Shown here in pieces: positions 30,689 through 38,945 of a stretch of DNA of 64,000 nt; the stretch's first letter is position 1, and every line of letters begins with the position of its first letter. Where the stretch lies: positions 32,001 to 96,000 of the forward strand of contig CAVQUB010000012.1 in NCBI GenBank assembly GCA_963716725.1, in the 5' to 3' direction. The position numbers and the translations under genes are program-made. The notes beneath the pieces were generated by a model. The model saw nothing but the letters and a program-made list of their open reading frames with translations. It searched no databases and had not been told where the DNA came from. The DNA comes from an uncultured delta proteobacterium (GTDB taxonomy: Bacteria > Myxococcota_A > Polyangia > Polyangiales > Polyangiaceae).

Positions 30689-32089
30689 ATGGACGAGGAG
30701 GCCCGCCACCGCATCGCGCTCTGGCGCTTCGGCGTGCTCGGCCCGCTGGTGAGCGCCCGACTCGAGCATGGCGATCGCCGCGCGTGGTTTCGCGCTGCGT
30801 CCGCGCGCGTGCACGAGCACCCGAACGGACGCCTGGTGCGGCTGAGTGCCCGCACGATCGAGGGCTGGTACCTGGCATATCGCAAAGGCGGGCTTCGGTC
30901 GCTCGAGCCCGGAACGCGCGCCGACTGCGGCCAGAGCCGAGCGATCTCGGCCGAAGTCGCGGACCTGCTTTTGCGCGCGAAGCGAGAGAAACCGCGCCGC
31001 TCGATTCGGCGCCTGATTCGCATGCTGGAGCGCGCCGGCGCCGCACGCGAAGGCGAGCTCAGTCGCTCGAGCGTGCACCGCCTGCTCGCGAGCCAGGGCA
31101 TCTCGGCTCGCCCCACGCGGGGGCCGGGCGCCGAACGGCGCTCCTTCATTACCGAGCATGCCGGCGATCTGTGCATTGGTGATGCGCTGTACGGCCCGCT
31201 CGTGCTCGCGACCGGCGGCCGGCTGAAGAAGACGATCCTGTTTTCGGAGCTCGACTGCGCAACCCGCTACGTGATCGAGAGCCGCTTCGTCATCGCTCGA
31301 GGTGAGCGCCCCGAAGACCACGAGCTCGGGCTCAAGAACGCGCTGCTCAAGGCCGGGCTCTTTCGGACCTACTACGTCGACCGGGGCCCCGCCTGCCGGG
31401 CCGGCTCGCTCAGGGCCATCACCGCCGAGCTCGGCATCCGCCTGCTCTTGACCGGCGCCGGCGACGCCGCGGCCAAGGGGGCGATCGAGAGATTCAACCG
31501 CACCTGGCGCGAGGAGGTCGGCGACGAGCTCGGGGGCGGCGTGCTCACGCTCGCCGAGCTCAATGCGTATCACTGGGCTTGGCTCGAGCAGGAGTACCAC
31601 GCGCGAAAGCACGACACGACCGGCAGATCCCCTCGCGAGCACTGGCTCGCGGAGGTCGCGGCCGGTTACGTGCGTCCGTTGCCTCGCGACATCGATCTCG
31701 ACGTCGTGTTTCTGCATCGCGCCACGCGCCACGTGCGCCAGGACGGCGTGGTCTCGTTTCGCGGACAGCTGCTCGAGGTGCGCGCCGAGCTCAGCGGCCA
31801 GAGGGTCGAGCTGCGCTTCGACCCGCACCAGCCCGCCGCGTTGCCGCAGGTGTACGTCGCCGGCCGCTTCTTCTGCGACACCGTGCCGCTCGACCGGCTC
31901 AGGAACGCGACGCGCCGTCGCCGCCGCGACCTTGGTGTCCCGGAGCCCCTGACGAGGCCGAGTGGCATCGATCCGCTCGCACTCATCGCGCGCGACCACT
32001 ACGCGCGCACGCGCGCCGGCCTGCCGCCGGACGCAGCCTTCCGTCAACTACTCGACGACACCGACGACAACAACAACGAGGAGAAGTGA
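30689..32089 (+). CDS. DDE transposase/integrase with Mu-like C-terminus
   Basis: IALWRFGVLG, IGDALYG, LDCATR, YVDRG, KGAIERF; same layout as 6208-7653. Confidence 0.9.
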   Translation: MDEEARHRIALWRFGVLGPLVSARLEHGDRRAWFRAASARVHEHPNGRLVRLSARTIEGWYLAYRKGGLRSLEPGTRADCGQSRAISAEVADLLLRAKREKPRRSIRRLIRMLERAGAAREGELSRSSVHRLLASQGISARPTRGPGAERRSFITEHAGDLCIGDALYGPLVLATGGRLKKTILFSELDCATRYVIESRFVIARGERPEDHELGLKNALLKAGLFRTYYVDRGPACRAGSLRAITAELGIRLLLTGAGDAAAKGAIERFNRTWREEVGDELGGGVLTLAELNAYHWAWLEQEYHARKHDTTGRSPREHWLAEVAAGYVRPLPRDIDLDVVFLHRATRHVRQDGVVSFRGQLLEVRAELSGQRVELRFDPHQPAALPQVYVAGRFFCDTVPLDRLRNATRRRRRDLGVPEPLTRPSGIDPLALIARDHYARTRAGLPPDAAFRQLLDDTDDNNNEEK

Positions 32090-32090
32090 C

Positions 32091-32595
32091 ATGTATCGCA
32101 AACGATTTGGTCTGACGGGCCATCCGCTGCCCAAGAATGCCCAAGGCAAGACCTTTTACGACGACAGCCCGCCGTACCGCAGGCTCGAGCGAGCCTTCCG
32201 GCAACTGGTCGACGAGCCCGGCGTGGGTCTCATCACCGGCGAGCCCGGTGTCGGCAAGACGGCAGCGCTCAGAAACCTGTGCGCGACGCTGCCCAAGCCC
32301 GACAACTTGGTGCTCTACCTCTGCGACACCGCCGTTTCGCCGCTCGACCTCTATCGCACGTTGGCGCAGGAGCTCGGCGTCGCGCCGTCCCACCGCCGCG
32401 GCCAGCTCTGGACCGACATCAAGAAGGTCCTCGTGCACCTGGTCGACGAGCGACACACCCAGCCGCTCCTCGTGCTCGACGAGGCGCAGCACCTGAGCGA
32501 CAAGTTTCTGCTCGACCTCTCCGGTTTTCTCAACTTCGCCTTCGACAGCCGCGAGCTCTTGACCTTGTGGCTGGTGGGACTGCCGGCACTCGGTC
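32091..32595 (+). pseudogene. ExeA-family ATPase, 3' truncated
   Basis: MYRKRFGLTGHP, GEPGVGKT, LVLDEAQ; switches to IS3-like sequence. Confidence 0.85.
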
Positions 32596-32596
32596 G

Positions 32597-32785
32597 CACG
32601 CCGCTCGCGATGAGCGCCCTCGATCGAGCGACCTCGGCGAGAACCCCGGCAGTCGGCATGGTCCACCACTCGGACCGGGGCAGCGTCTACGCCAGCGGCG
32701 ACTACGGCGACGCGCTGGAGAAGCTGGGAGCCGTGAAGAGCATGAGCAGGAAGGGGGACTGCTGGGACAACGCGGTCGCCGAGCC
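32597..32785 (+). mobile_element. IS3-family transposase core fragment
   Basis: HHSDRGSVYAS..SMSRKGDCWDNAVAE. Confidence 0.85.
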
Positions 32786-32979
32786 GGCTTTGTGGTGCCT
32801 GAATGGCCTAGGGCGCAGATTGGGATTCGAAGAGGAAGTGGAGGCGAAGTCTTGCTCACGCGGGCTCACCAGGACCGCCCGTGGGCTGCCGTCCTGGGGG
32901 CAACAGGTTTGTCGCGCTCATCCACCACCGACTTTGCCGCTCTGCTACACGCGCTCGCGGCGCCAAATCTTGTGGGAGG

Positions 32980-33201
32980 TTAGCTCGCTATCGGCACCTC
33001 CGTAGTTCGTGTCGTTTGCGATTTGGGACGACGAATTTTCGCCGCCGCACGCTCCAGTGCCTTCGCGCGATACTCCAGATCTTGTGCGGCTTGGCGCAAA
33101 CCGCGTGCGCCGCTGCGAGCGACACGCTCCGGCTCATAAACCGTATCGTCGCGCCACATCGCCCAAAGTACGCCGGCCAAGCGCCGCGCCAGGGCGATCA
33201 C
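32980..33201 (-). mobile_element. IS110-family transposase C-terminal fragment
   Basis: IALARRLAGVLWAMWRDDTVY. Confidence 0.7.
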
Positions 33202-33217
33202 GGCGACTCGCTTCCCC

Positions 33218-33355
33218 GACCGCCGCGTCGCGGACGCCCGCCGCGAGCGCGCGCTTTGGCGGCTCGGCTACCGGGTGCTCCGGCTCGAGTCCGACCTCGT
33301 GCTCGGTGCGCCCGAGGAAGCGGTGGCGCGGGTGCGCGCGGCGCTCGCAGGCTAG
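33218..33355 (+). pseudogene. DUF559 endonuclease, C-terminal half
   Basis: DRRVADARRERALWRLGYRVLRL..EEAVARVRAAL*. Confidence 0.75.
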
Positions 33356-33533
33356 GGAACCTCTCTTTCTGGCCCAACTCCCTCGCCAGGGGAAGGCGGG
33401 TGTTCCGAGACCGGGACGCCGGCGCTTGCGGCTGCGTCGTTGCAGAATGCCGTCCAGCGCGTTCATCTGGCTCCGCACCTTGCCAACGTCGACAGCCCGC
33501 AGTCGAGGTCGCCGGCTTCGGCAAGGTGCTAGG

Positions 33534-33944
33534 ATGAGGATCGAGATGACGACCGTGTCGTTGCAGGGATCCGCCGAAGCCCCGGTGCGGGGCGCCTTCC
33601 GTGCGGCCCGGGATGCACACGACCGGGACATCGACCTGAAGCCGATTCAACCTCTGCTCGACCGCATCGTTGCGCTCTGGCGACCTGAGCGCATCTGGTT
33701 GTTCGGGAGCCGCGCGCGCGGCGAAGCACAGGCGGGGAGCGATTGGGATCTCTTTGCTGTCGTGCCCGACGACGTGCCGGACGACCAACTCGAACCGGCC
33801 ATCAGCTGGAGGCTCCGGAAGGAATCGCGAACGCGAGCCGACGTGGTGCCCTGCCATTCCTCGGACTTCCGCGAGGCCCGGGACACGCCGAACACCATGG
33901 CGTACGAAGTCGCGCGGGGGGGCGTGATTCTGTATGAGCGCTGA
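33534..33944 (+). CDS. Minimal nucleotidyltransferase (MNT antitoxin)
   Basis: WLFGSRARG..SDWDL. Confidence 0.88.
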   Translation: MRIEMTTVSLQGSAEAPVRGAFRAARDAHDRDIDLKPIQPLLDRIVALWRPERIWLFGSRARGEAQAGSDWDLFAVVPDDVPDDQLEPAISWRLRKESRTRADVVPCHSSDFREARDTPNTMAYEVARGGVILYER

Positions 33945-34374
33945 CGTGGTGATCGCGAACTTCTTGAGGATCGCGAGCCAGGATCTCGAAGGCGCGAAGA
34001 TCCTCGCGGAAGCGAACAATCGAAACGCCGTGTATCTGTGCGAGCAAGCGGCTGAGAAGATCATCCGAGCAGTTCTCACCTCGGAGGGGCAGCATGCGGG
34101 CATCAAGCACTTGCTCGACGAAATGGTGGAAGCAGTCCCCGATGCGAACCCAATCAAGCCGCTTCTGGAGGGGATCGAGCACCTCGCGGCATTTGCCACG
34201 ACGTATCGCTATCCGAGCCCCGCCGGGAGAATCAAGGCGCCGCCTGCCGCAGCCGATCTGACCAAGCATCTGGCCGACGTCGAGGCCGCGTTGACTGAAG
34301 TAGTGAAGCGCTTCGGTGTTGATCTATCGAAGCCGAACGAACCGGCGGCGAACTCTGTACCGATACGAGACTGA
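33934..34374 (+). CDS. HEPN-domain protein
   Basis: A..DLEGA..YLCEQAAEKII..KHLL..RYP; overlaps the MNT gene. Confidence 0.85.
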   Translation: MSADVVIANFLRIASQDLEGAKILAEANNRNAVYLCEQAAEKIIRAVLTSEGQHAGIKHLLDEMVEAVPDANPIKPLLEGIEHLAAFATTYRYPSPAGRIKAPPAAADLTKHLADVEAALTEVVKRFGVDLSKPNEPAANSVPIRD

Positions 34375-34530
34375 CGAGCCGCGAGAGAGGCTCTGTGCGA
34401 TGTCCATCGCACGCCTGTTCCGGTGGGACGAGCGGACCTGTCGTGCCTCGGCCCGGCGCAGCGGTCGACGAAGCGCCCGGAGTGCCTCGGCGGCGCGGTG
34501 GTCGGGCCCCGCTCGTCAGCGCACGCTCTG

Positions 34531-34569
34531 CGCCCTGGGTCGCGAAGCCCGCCCACCACGCCGGGCCTC
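34531..34569 (+). repeat. 39-bp exact repeat (other copy 38629-38667)
   Basis: CGCCCTGGGTCGCGAAGCCCGCCCACCACGCCGGGCCTC. Confidence 0.9.
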
Positions 34570-34852
34570 TCTTCCTGCCCCCACTCGCCTCGCTGCGCTC
34601 GGCGGTCTCCCCCAACGCCGGTGCGCGCGGGCGGTGGCGCTTTGCTCAGACCGGAGCGCGGGTGGCGCATGCCCCCGCGCACGCGGCGGGGGGAGACGCG
34701 CGTTTGGGCGTGTCGGTGGCCGTGCTGGGGGGAGCGGAGTCGACGGTGTTGCCGGCGCGCACACTCCCGTGTCGTGACTCGATACCACCGCGGCCCTTTC
34801 CCTGGCGTTTGGGTGACCTACCGAATGGCTCAACGCATGCAAGTGGCGCTGC

Positions 34853-35380
34853 ATGTCCTTGTCTCGGGTCGGAACCGTCCGCGCCGCGGTGGTCCTCGCC
34901 ATGTCTCCGGTGGCGGCGCTGCTCGCTTGCGACGTGGGAGACCTGGACTTCCAGTTGTTCAGCGGCGCTGACGGGGGCTCGGGTGAGTCCGGGTGGTTCA
35001 AAGGGGAGTGCAAGACCGACCAGCACTGCGAGGCGGGGCAGTGCTGTGTGCACTTTCTCGGCGGGTCGTGCGAAGACTTGGTTTGGACCAGTTCGACGCA
35101 GCCCATCTGTTTCAACTCTGGGGACGATCACGACGGGCTTTGCGCCTGTTTCCCGCCCCAGGCCCAGCCGATGTGCCCACCGGCGATACTCGAGCCCCCG
35201 GTGAAGCCCGAGTGCGCGCCCCGCCCTTACGTGAAGTGCGCGATGCTCTGCCCCGAGCAGGTCTGCGCGTGTTCCACGCAAGAGCTGGATCTATCTGACG
35301 TTGGAGTCGAAGTGCCGAGCTGTCCCCCGTCGGACTGGTCGATTACGTGCCCAAGCGCAGACGGCGGAGTCGCCGATTGA
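34853..35380 (+). CDS. Cys-rich putative lipoprotein, copy 2
   Basis: Near-identical to 12704-13231. Confidence 0.75.
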   Translation: MSLSRVGTVRAAVVLAMSPVAALLACDVGDLDFQLFSGADGGSGESGWFKGECKTDQHCEAGQCCVHFLGGSCEDLVWTSSTQPICFNSGDDHDGLCACFPPQAQPMCPPAILEPPVKPECAPRPYVKCAMLCPEQVCACSTQELDLSDVGVEVPSCPPSDWSITCPSADGGVAD

Positions 35381-35391
35381 CGAGGCGCTTC

Positions 35392-35603
35392 GCGCGAGCC
35401 CGCCACCCTCACCGCACCCGAACCCAAGTCCCCGGTCCCCGATCGTCGCCGCTGCGCACGCTGTGCCACGCATCGGGCACCTGGGGCTCCGTCCACGAAA
35501 ACAGCCACTTCGCGTCGCGGACCGAGAGGTTGACGCAGCCGCCGCTCTTCGGCTCACCGAAGCGATCGTGCCAGTAGGCCGCATGCAAGGCGAAGGGCAT
35601 GTG
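35392..35603 (-). repeat. Apparently exact 212-bp copy of the LDT 3' end and flank (38929-39140)
   Basis: Direct comparison by eye found no mismatch. Confidence 0.92.
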
Positions 35604-36170
35604 TCTTCCTGCCCCAACTCGCCGCCGCTGCACTCCTTCGAGTATCGCGAAGCGCGTCGCGGCGTCGGTCTTCCCCAAACTCGGGCTTTGCCCGAGCGGG
35701 GAAGACGGGCGTGGGTTCCGAGGTACTTCGGCGTCCTTTCGAGGCACTCGTCGCGCCGCCGACTCGTCGTGCCTGCTCCCCCGCCCGACGCGACCGCGCA
35801 CAAGCCCCCGCCCGCCCGCGGCGATCAGCTTGAGCTGCTCGGCGAGACAGACGACGCACCCGCTCCGCGAGCCCCTTGGGGATCCCCGAAGGGGGACAAA
35901 CGACGGGCCTGGCTCCTGGCGCATGTGTTGACCACGCGAAGGTGCGCCTGCCCGAGCAGTTGGTGCTGGGGTTCGGGAAGGAGTGAGGCAGGCGCCAAGC
36001 GCCTCGCCGAGCGCGAACGTGTGTCCTCTGCAGCGCGCGACGCCGAAAATCCTGCCGCGCTCTACCTTTGCGGGGCCCCGAGCGGGTTCACGGGCCAGCC
36101 CTCGACCGCGCGCATGCCTGCGCGTACTGTTCGACTCGGTGGGTTTTGGCAGTTCGTTTTCCCTACGCGC
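35604..36170 (+). mobile_element. Internally deleted IS91-like element, with 27-bp elements at 35632-35658 (B) and 35871-35897 (A)
   Basis: Same left flank as 22067; [29 protein letters not shown]; same right end as 24259-24294. Confidence 0.88.
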
Positions 36171-36184
36171 CCGTCGTCCTGAGC

Positions 36185-36736
36185 ATGAGCGTGTTCTTGT
36201 CATGCTCAGGACTCGTCGCGCAGGACTTGATAGGTGCGGATGCCGCCCCGGAACCCGATGCTGGCGACGGGGCGGCTGCTGCTGACGGAGTAGTGGACTC
36301 TGGTGACGGATTAGATGCTGCTGACGGGGTGGCAAACGCAGATGGAGTCGCAGGTGCCGACAGCAGCTGGTCCGACGCCACCGCGGCGACTGACGCGCCT
36401 CAAGGGTGTGACGGGGATGAGCATGAAACGTCTTTGGGGTGCGTTTCGTGCGAGGCTGCGTTGGAGCTCGTGGCATCGACGATCGGGTCCTTGGTGCTGA
36501 ACGCGAAAACCTGCGACAAAGCGATTGACTGCGCACTAGCAGCCGTATCTGTCGTCCCGTGCTACAAACGTTGCGCAGAGCCTGTCTCTGCGAAGCACGT
36601 AGATACGCTGTCAGGCCAACTCAAGGAAGTCGCGAAGGGCGATCTCTGTTTCTGCGCAGACAAGCCTCCGGACTGCATTGACGCATCCCTGCAAAAAGTC
36701 GGTTGTCTTGGCGGGCTCTGCCAATTCCTTCCTTGA
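36185..36736 (+). CDS. Cys-rich secreted protein, possibly 5' truncated
   Basis: Asp/Ala/Gly linker followed by a Cys-rich domain; begins just after the IS91-like end. Confidence 0.55.
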   Translation: MSVFLSCSGLVAQDLIGADAAPEPDAGDGAAAADGVVDSGDGLDAADGVANADGVAGADSSWSDATAATDAPQGCDGDEHETSLGCVSCEAALELVASTIGSLVLNAKTCDKAIDCALAAVSVVPCYKRCAEPVSAKHVDTLSGQLKEVAKGDLCFCADKPPDCIDASLQKVGCLGGLCQFLP

Positions 36737-36777
36737 TCGTCGTCCGCGAGAGAGCGTGGCTGTTCGACCATCTACGG

Positions 36778-37038
36778 TCACGGCGCCCACACCCCGAACG
36801 GGCACGTGGATGCATACCACGCGAACACGAGACCCAAAGCCCACCACGCGATGGACCGGGCCATCGGCCACCGCGAAAGCAGCCATGCGAGGGCGACGAC
36901 GAGATAAGCGTTTGCCGCTTGGTAGCGGGCAAACGAAATGAGTGAAGGGGAAAAAAACGGCAGCAACCAAAGTGCTAACCCAAGCCCCGCCAATGCGTAG
37001 AGGATTCCCGCGCGGCGGCGAACAAAGAAGAGGGGCAA
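36778..37038 (-). CDS. Small hydrophobic membrane protein or fragment
   Basis: Three hydrophobic stretches; lower GC. Confidence 0.4.
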   Translation of the reverse strand: MPLFFVRRRAGILYALAGLGLALWLLPFFSPSLISFARYQAANAYLVVALAWLLSRWPMARSIAWWALGLVFAWYASTCPFGVWAP

Positions 37039-37181
37039 AGTGACAACGGCAGCTAAAACGCTCCTGCGTGCGGTATCTCCTCCTTCCTACACACGGCGCC
37101 CAGCGCTGCACCGCCCTGGCGCAACTGCGAGGGTCGCGGGCACGGCCTGGAGCGACGCGCGGTGGGCGCTATCACCGGCGC

Positions 37182-38350
37182 ATGCGGGGACGATGGCGTG
37201 GGTTGAAAGGGCTGTGGCTCGCGTGCGCGCTGGGCGCCTGCTCGTCGGAAGAGACTTCCCCAAGCGGCGCGAGGTGTACACCCGGGCAGTCGGCGCAGTG
37301 CGCCTGCGCCAACGGGCAGACCGGCGCCCAGATCTGCCAGGGCGACGGCACGTTCGCGGGCTGTGTCTGCGGCGGGAGCGGTGGTGGCGCGGGGCACGCG
37401 AGCGGAGGAACGGGAGGCCAGTCGACCGGGGGCGGGGCGGGCCAGTCGATCGGCGGGACGGGCGGTTCCGTGCCCGGCGAATCTCTTACCGGCGAGTGGA
37501 GCAAGGTGTTCCCGGGCGGCTTCGAGATCGCTGCGCTGGCGGTCGATGCTTCCGGGACGCTGGTCGTGGCTGGCGCGAGCTCGGCTCCGGTGGATTTCGA
37601 GAACGGTCCGGTTGGCAAGACGATGACCGGCTGGGCCAAACAACTGCTGATCGCTGGCTTCGACTCGAGCGGCCAGCGCAAGTTCGCCTTCGCCAAGGAT
37701 GCCGGGCGCATCGACGCGCAAACGTTGTCCATCCGACCCGTGGCCCAGGATCGGATCGTGGTTCAGGGCGAGACCACGGTGATCAGCCAGGGCTCGGGCC
37801 CGAGCGTGAAGTACACGCTCGTCTGGCCGTGCGGAACGGCACCTTCCAGCATCGGGAGCGGCGTACACTTCGTCGTCGAGCTCGACCAGGTGGGCAACTG
37901 CATCTGGGATCACACCTATCCGGCGGATGGCTACTCTCAGTTGCCGACCGCCGTGGTGTCTCCGAAGGACGGCTCGGTGTTCGTCACCGCCGTTGGGCAG
38001 TGGGGGACGCCGGTGACTCGGCGCTACCTCGCAAACGGCACTGAGCGCTGGCAGAAGGCGTTCGGGGGCAGCGCGCTCACCGCTCTGTCCACCGGCCATG
38101 TGCTGCTCGCGAGCTACAATCCGTTGACGCTACCTTCGGGAACGGTCGCCGGCCTGTTCGCGCTGGCTAGGCTGGACAGCACGGGCGGCGTCGTCGCTGG
38201 AAACGCCTGGGGCACCAGTGTCTACGACCCCACGCGCCAGCTCGTGGGCTTCGACATCGGCGGCAACGATCTCGTGGCGCTCGCTTTGCGCTACACCGGT
38301 ACCGTCGACTTGGGTGGCGGGCCTCGCACCTCTACCAATGCTGGCGCCAG
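37182..38350 (+). pseudogene. Cys-rich/beta-propeller lipoprotein, 3' truncated
   Basis: ALGAC lipobox, CTPGQSAQCAC, Gly linker, propeller-like repeats, then junction with unrelated DNA. Confidence 0.7.
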
Positions 38351-38364
38351 CCCGTCGAAGTCCC

Positions 38365-38493
38365 GAGCTCGGCCGCCGCGTACCCTTCGAGCCGGTGGGC
38401 GTCATGCGTCGGTACGAGCGCGGTGCGGACGGCGCCTACCACGACGGCATGCTGCTCGACCTCTTGCCCGAGGACTTGAACCGCGGGAAGTAG
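38365..38493 (+). pseudogene. GNAT acetyltransferase C-terminal fragment
   Basis: FEPVGVMRRYERGADGAYHDGMLLDLL. Confidence 0.6.
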
Positions 38494-38677
38494 GGCAGTC
38501 GGGGAGAATTTGCTCGCCCCGCAGTGCGCGCTCTCTCCGCTTCAGCGCCCCCCGGGATGTCCGGGATGATGACGGTCTGGCCGTGCGACTCTTGGTCCGT
38601 CTTGCTGTGGGGGATCGTCAAGAGCAGCCGCCCTGGGTCGCGAAGCCCGCCCACCACGCCGGGCCTCGGAGGAACCC

Positions 38678-38936
38678 ATGCTTGCCCGTGACCGTCATCA
38701 GCTCCGCCGCCAGCAAACCCCCGCCGAACGCGCCGCCGAGATGCGCGCCGTGCCCACCCGCTCGGAGGCTGCCCTCTGGGCAATGCTCCGCGCTCGAAAA
38801 CTCGGCGCGTCGGTGCGGCGTCAGGTGGTGATCGGCCAGCACGTGGTCGACTTCTTGGTGCCCGCTCGCAAGCTCGTCGTCGAAGTCGACGGCGGGTGCC
38901 ACCGCGACCGCCGCGTGGCGGACGCCCGGCGCGAGC
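38678..38936 (+). pseudogene. DUF559 endonuclease, N-terminal part
   Basis: AEMRAVPTRSEAALWAMLR..RRQVVIG..VDF..LVVEVDGG.H. Confidence 0.8.
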
Positions 38937-38945
38937 CCGCCACCC

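Noticed and set aside
31962..33005. 347-aa ATPase-integrase fusion protein
   Set aside because: Chance in-frame junction of a truncated ATPase with an IS3 fragment
12598..38936. Integron cassette array
   Set aside because: No tyrosine integrase and no recognisable attC (RYYYAAC..GTTRRRY) sites; genes lie in mixed orientations
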